A stretch of DNA of 64,000 nt from Anaeromyxobacter sp. (GTDB lineage: Bacteria > Myxococcota > Myxococcia > Myxococcales > Anaeromyxobacteraceae): the NCBI GenBank assembly GCA_049840735.1, contig JASGJN010000020.1, forward strand, positions 800,001 to 864,000, given 5' to 3'. The stretch's first letter is position 1. The number at the start of each line of letters is the position of its first letter. Below the pieces are notes generated by a model. It searched no databases. It saw only the letters and a program-made list of their open reading frames with translations, and had not been told where the DNA came from. Positions 63,554-64,000 of the stretch are shown here, piece by piece. A program made the translations under genes and the position numbers.

Positions 63554-64000
63554 CTATCGGTGCGTGATCTCGCCGCTCCCTGCAACGGAGGCGCTGCGCA
63601 CCTGGCCGGGCCCGTCCCACTGGACCTCGCCCGAGCCGGAGACCGCGGCGTCCAGCCAGCCGCCGCCCAGCCGGAGCTCGACGTCGCCCGAGCCGGCCAC
63701 CGAGACCTTGGCGTCGTGGGCGGTGAGCTGGTCCGCGTCCACGCCACCGGAGCCGGAGATGGCGATCTGGAGCAGGTCGGCCGACCCGGAGAGCTCCACG
63801 TCGCCGGAGCCGTTCACGTCCACCCCCAGCGCGGCGGCCTGGCCCGACCAGCGCACGTCGCCCGAGCCGGAGATGGAGACGTTGAAGTCCCCGCCCTTCG
63901 TCCCCTCGAGCTGGGCGTCGCCGGAGCCGGAGAGGGCCACGCCGCGCAGCTCGGGCACGGTCACGCGGACCTTGCCCTCGCCCTGGTAGTTCATGTCGTG
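63554..64000 (-). CDS. DUF2807 / GIN-domain protein (partial, 5' end outside window)
   Basis: Repeated xSGSGDV motifs. Confidence 0.8.
   Translation of the reverse strand, partial: HDMNYQGEGKVRVTVPELRGVALSGSGDAQLEGTKGGDFNVSISGSGDVRWSGQAAALGVDVNGSGDVELSGSADLLQIAISGSGGVDADQLTAHDAKVSVAGSGDVELRLGGGWLDAAVSGSGEVQWDGPGQVRSASVAGSGEITHR

Overview
High-GC bacterial chromosome, most like Anaeromyxobacter/Myxococcota (inferred from TIGR02266-type PilZ proteins, a PilZ-Hsp70 fusion beside guaB and a Cys-rich VWA lipoprotein). Left part (1-26453): a stack of at least three genomic islands accreted at the 3' end of an initiator tRNA-Met gene (26441-26517, minus strand). The tRNA-end core TGGTTGCGGGGGC recurs at 3530, 7973 and 26441. 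The youngest island (7971-26453) carries an intact large serine recombinase whose C-terminus is encoded across the att site, a QatABCD anti-phage system, and a tightly coupled five-gene operon I cannot assign to a described system: GrpE-like, atypical Hsp70, AAA+ ATPase, HPD-less J-like protein and a membrane-anchored protein. This operon is the best candidate for a new system. The older islands carry an AbiE toxin-antitoxin pair, TPR and immunity-like genes next to ~54-bp repeats, and decayed integrases. Right part (26.6-64 kb): core genes (metal ABC transporter, lipid/CoA metabolism, guaAB, miaB, rlmD, scoAB, thiolase, hybrid kinase), interrupted by a precise 2,246-bp insertion (45631-47876) encoding a stand-alone ~660-aa TnpB/Cas12-like RuvC nuclease. 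About a dozen single-base frameshifts occur, mostly at or next to GATC; they look like sequencing errors rather than pseudogenes. All family calls are from motif recognition by eye; no searches were run.
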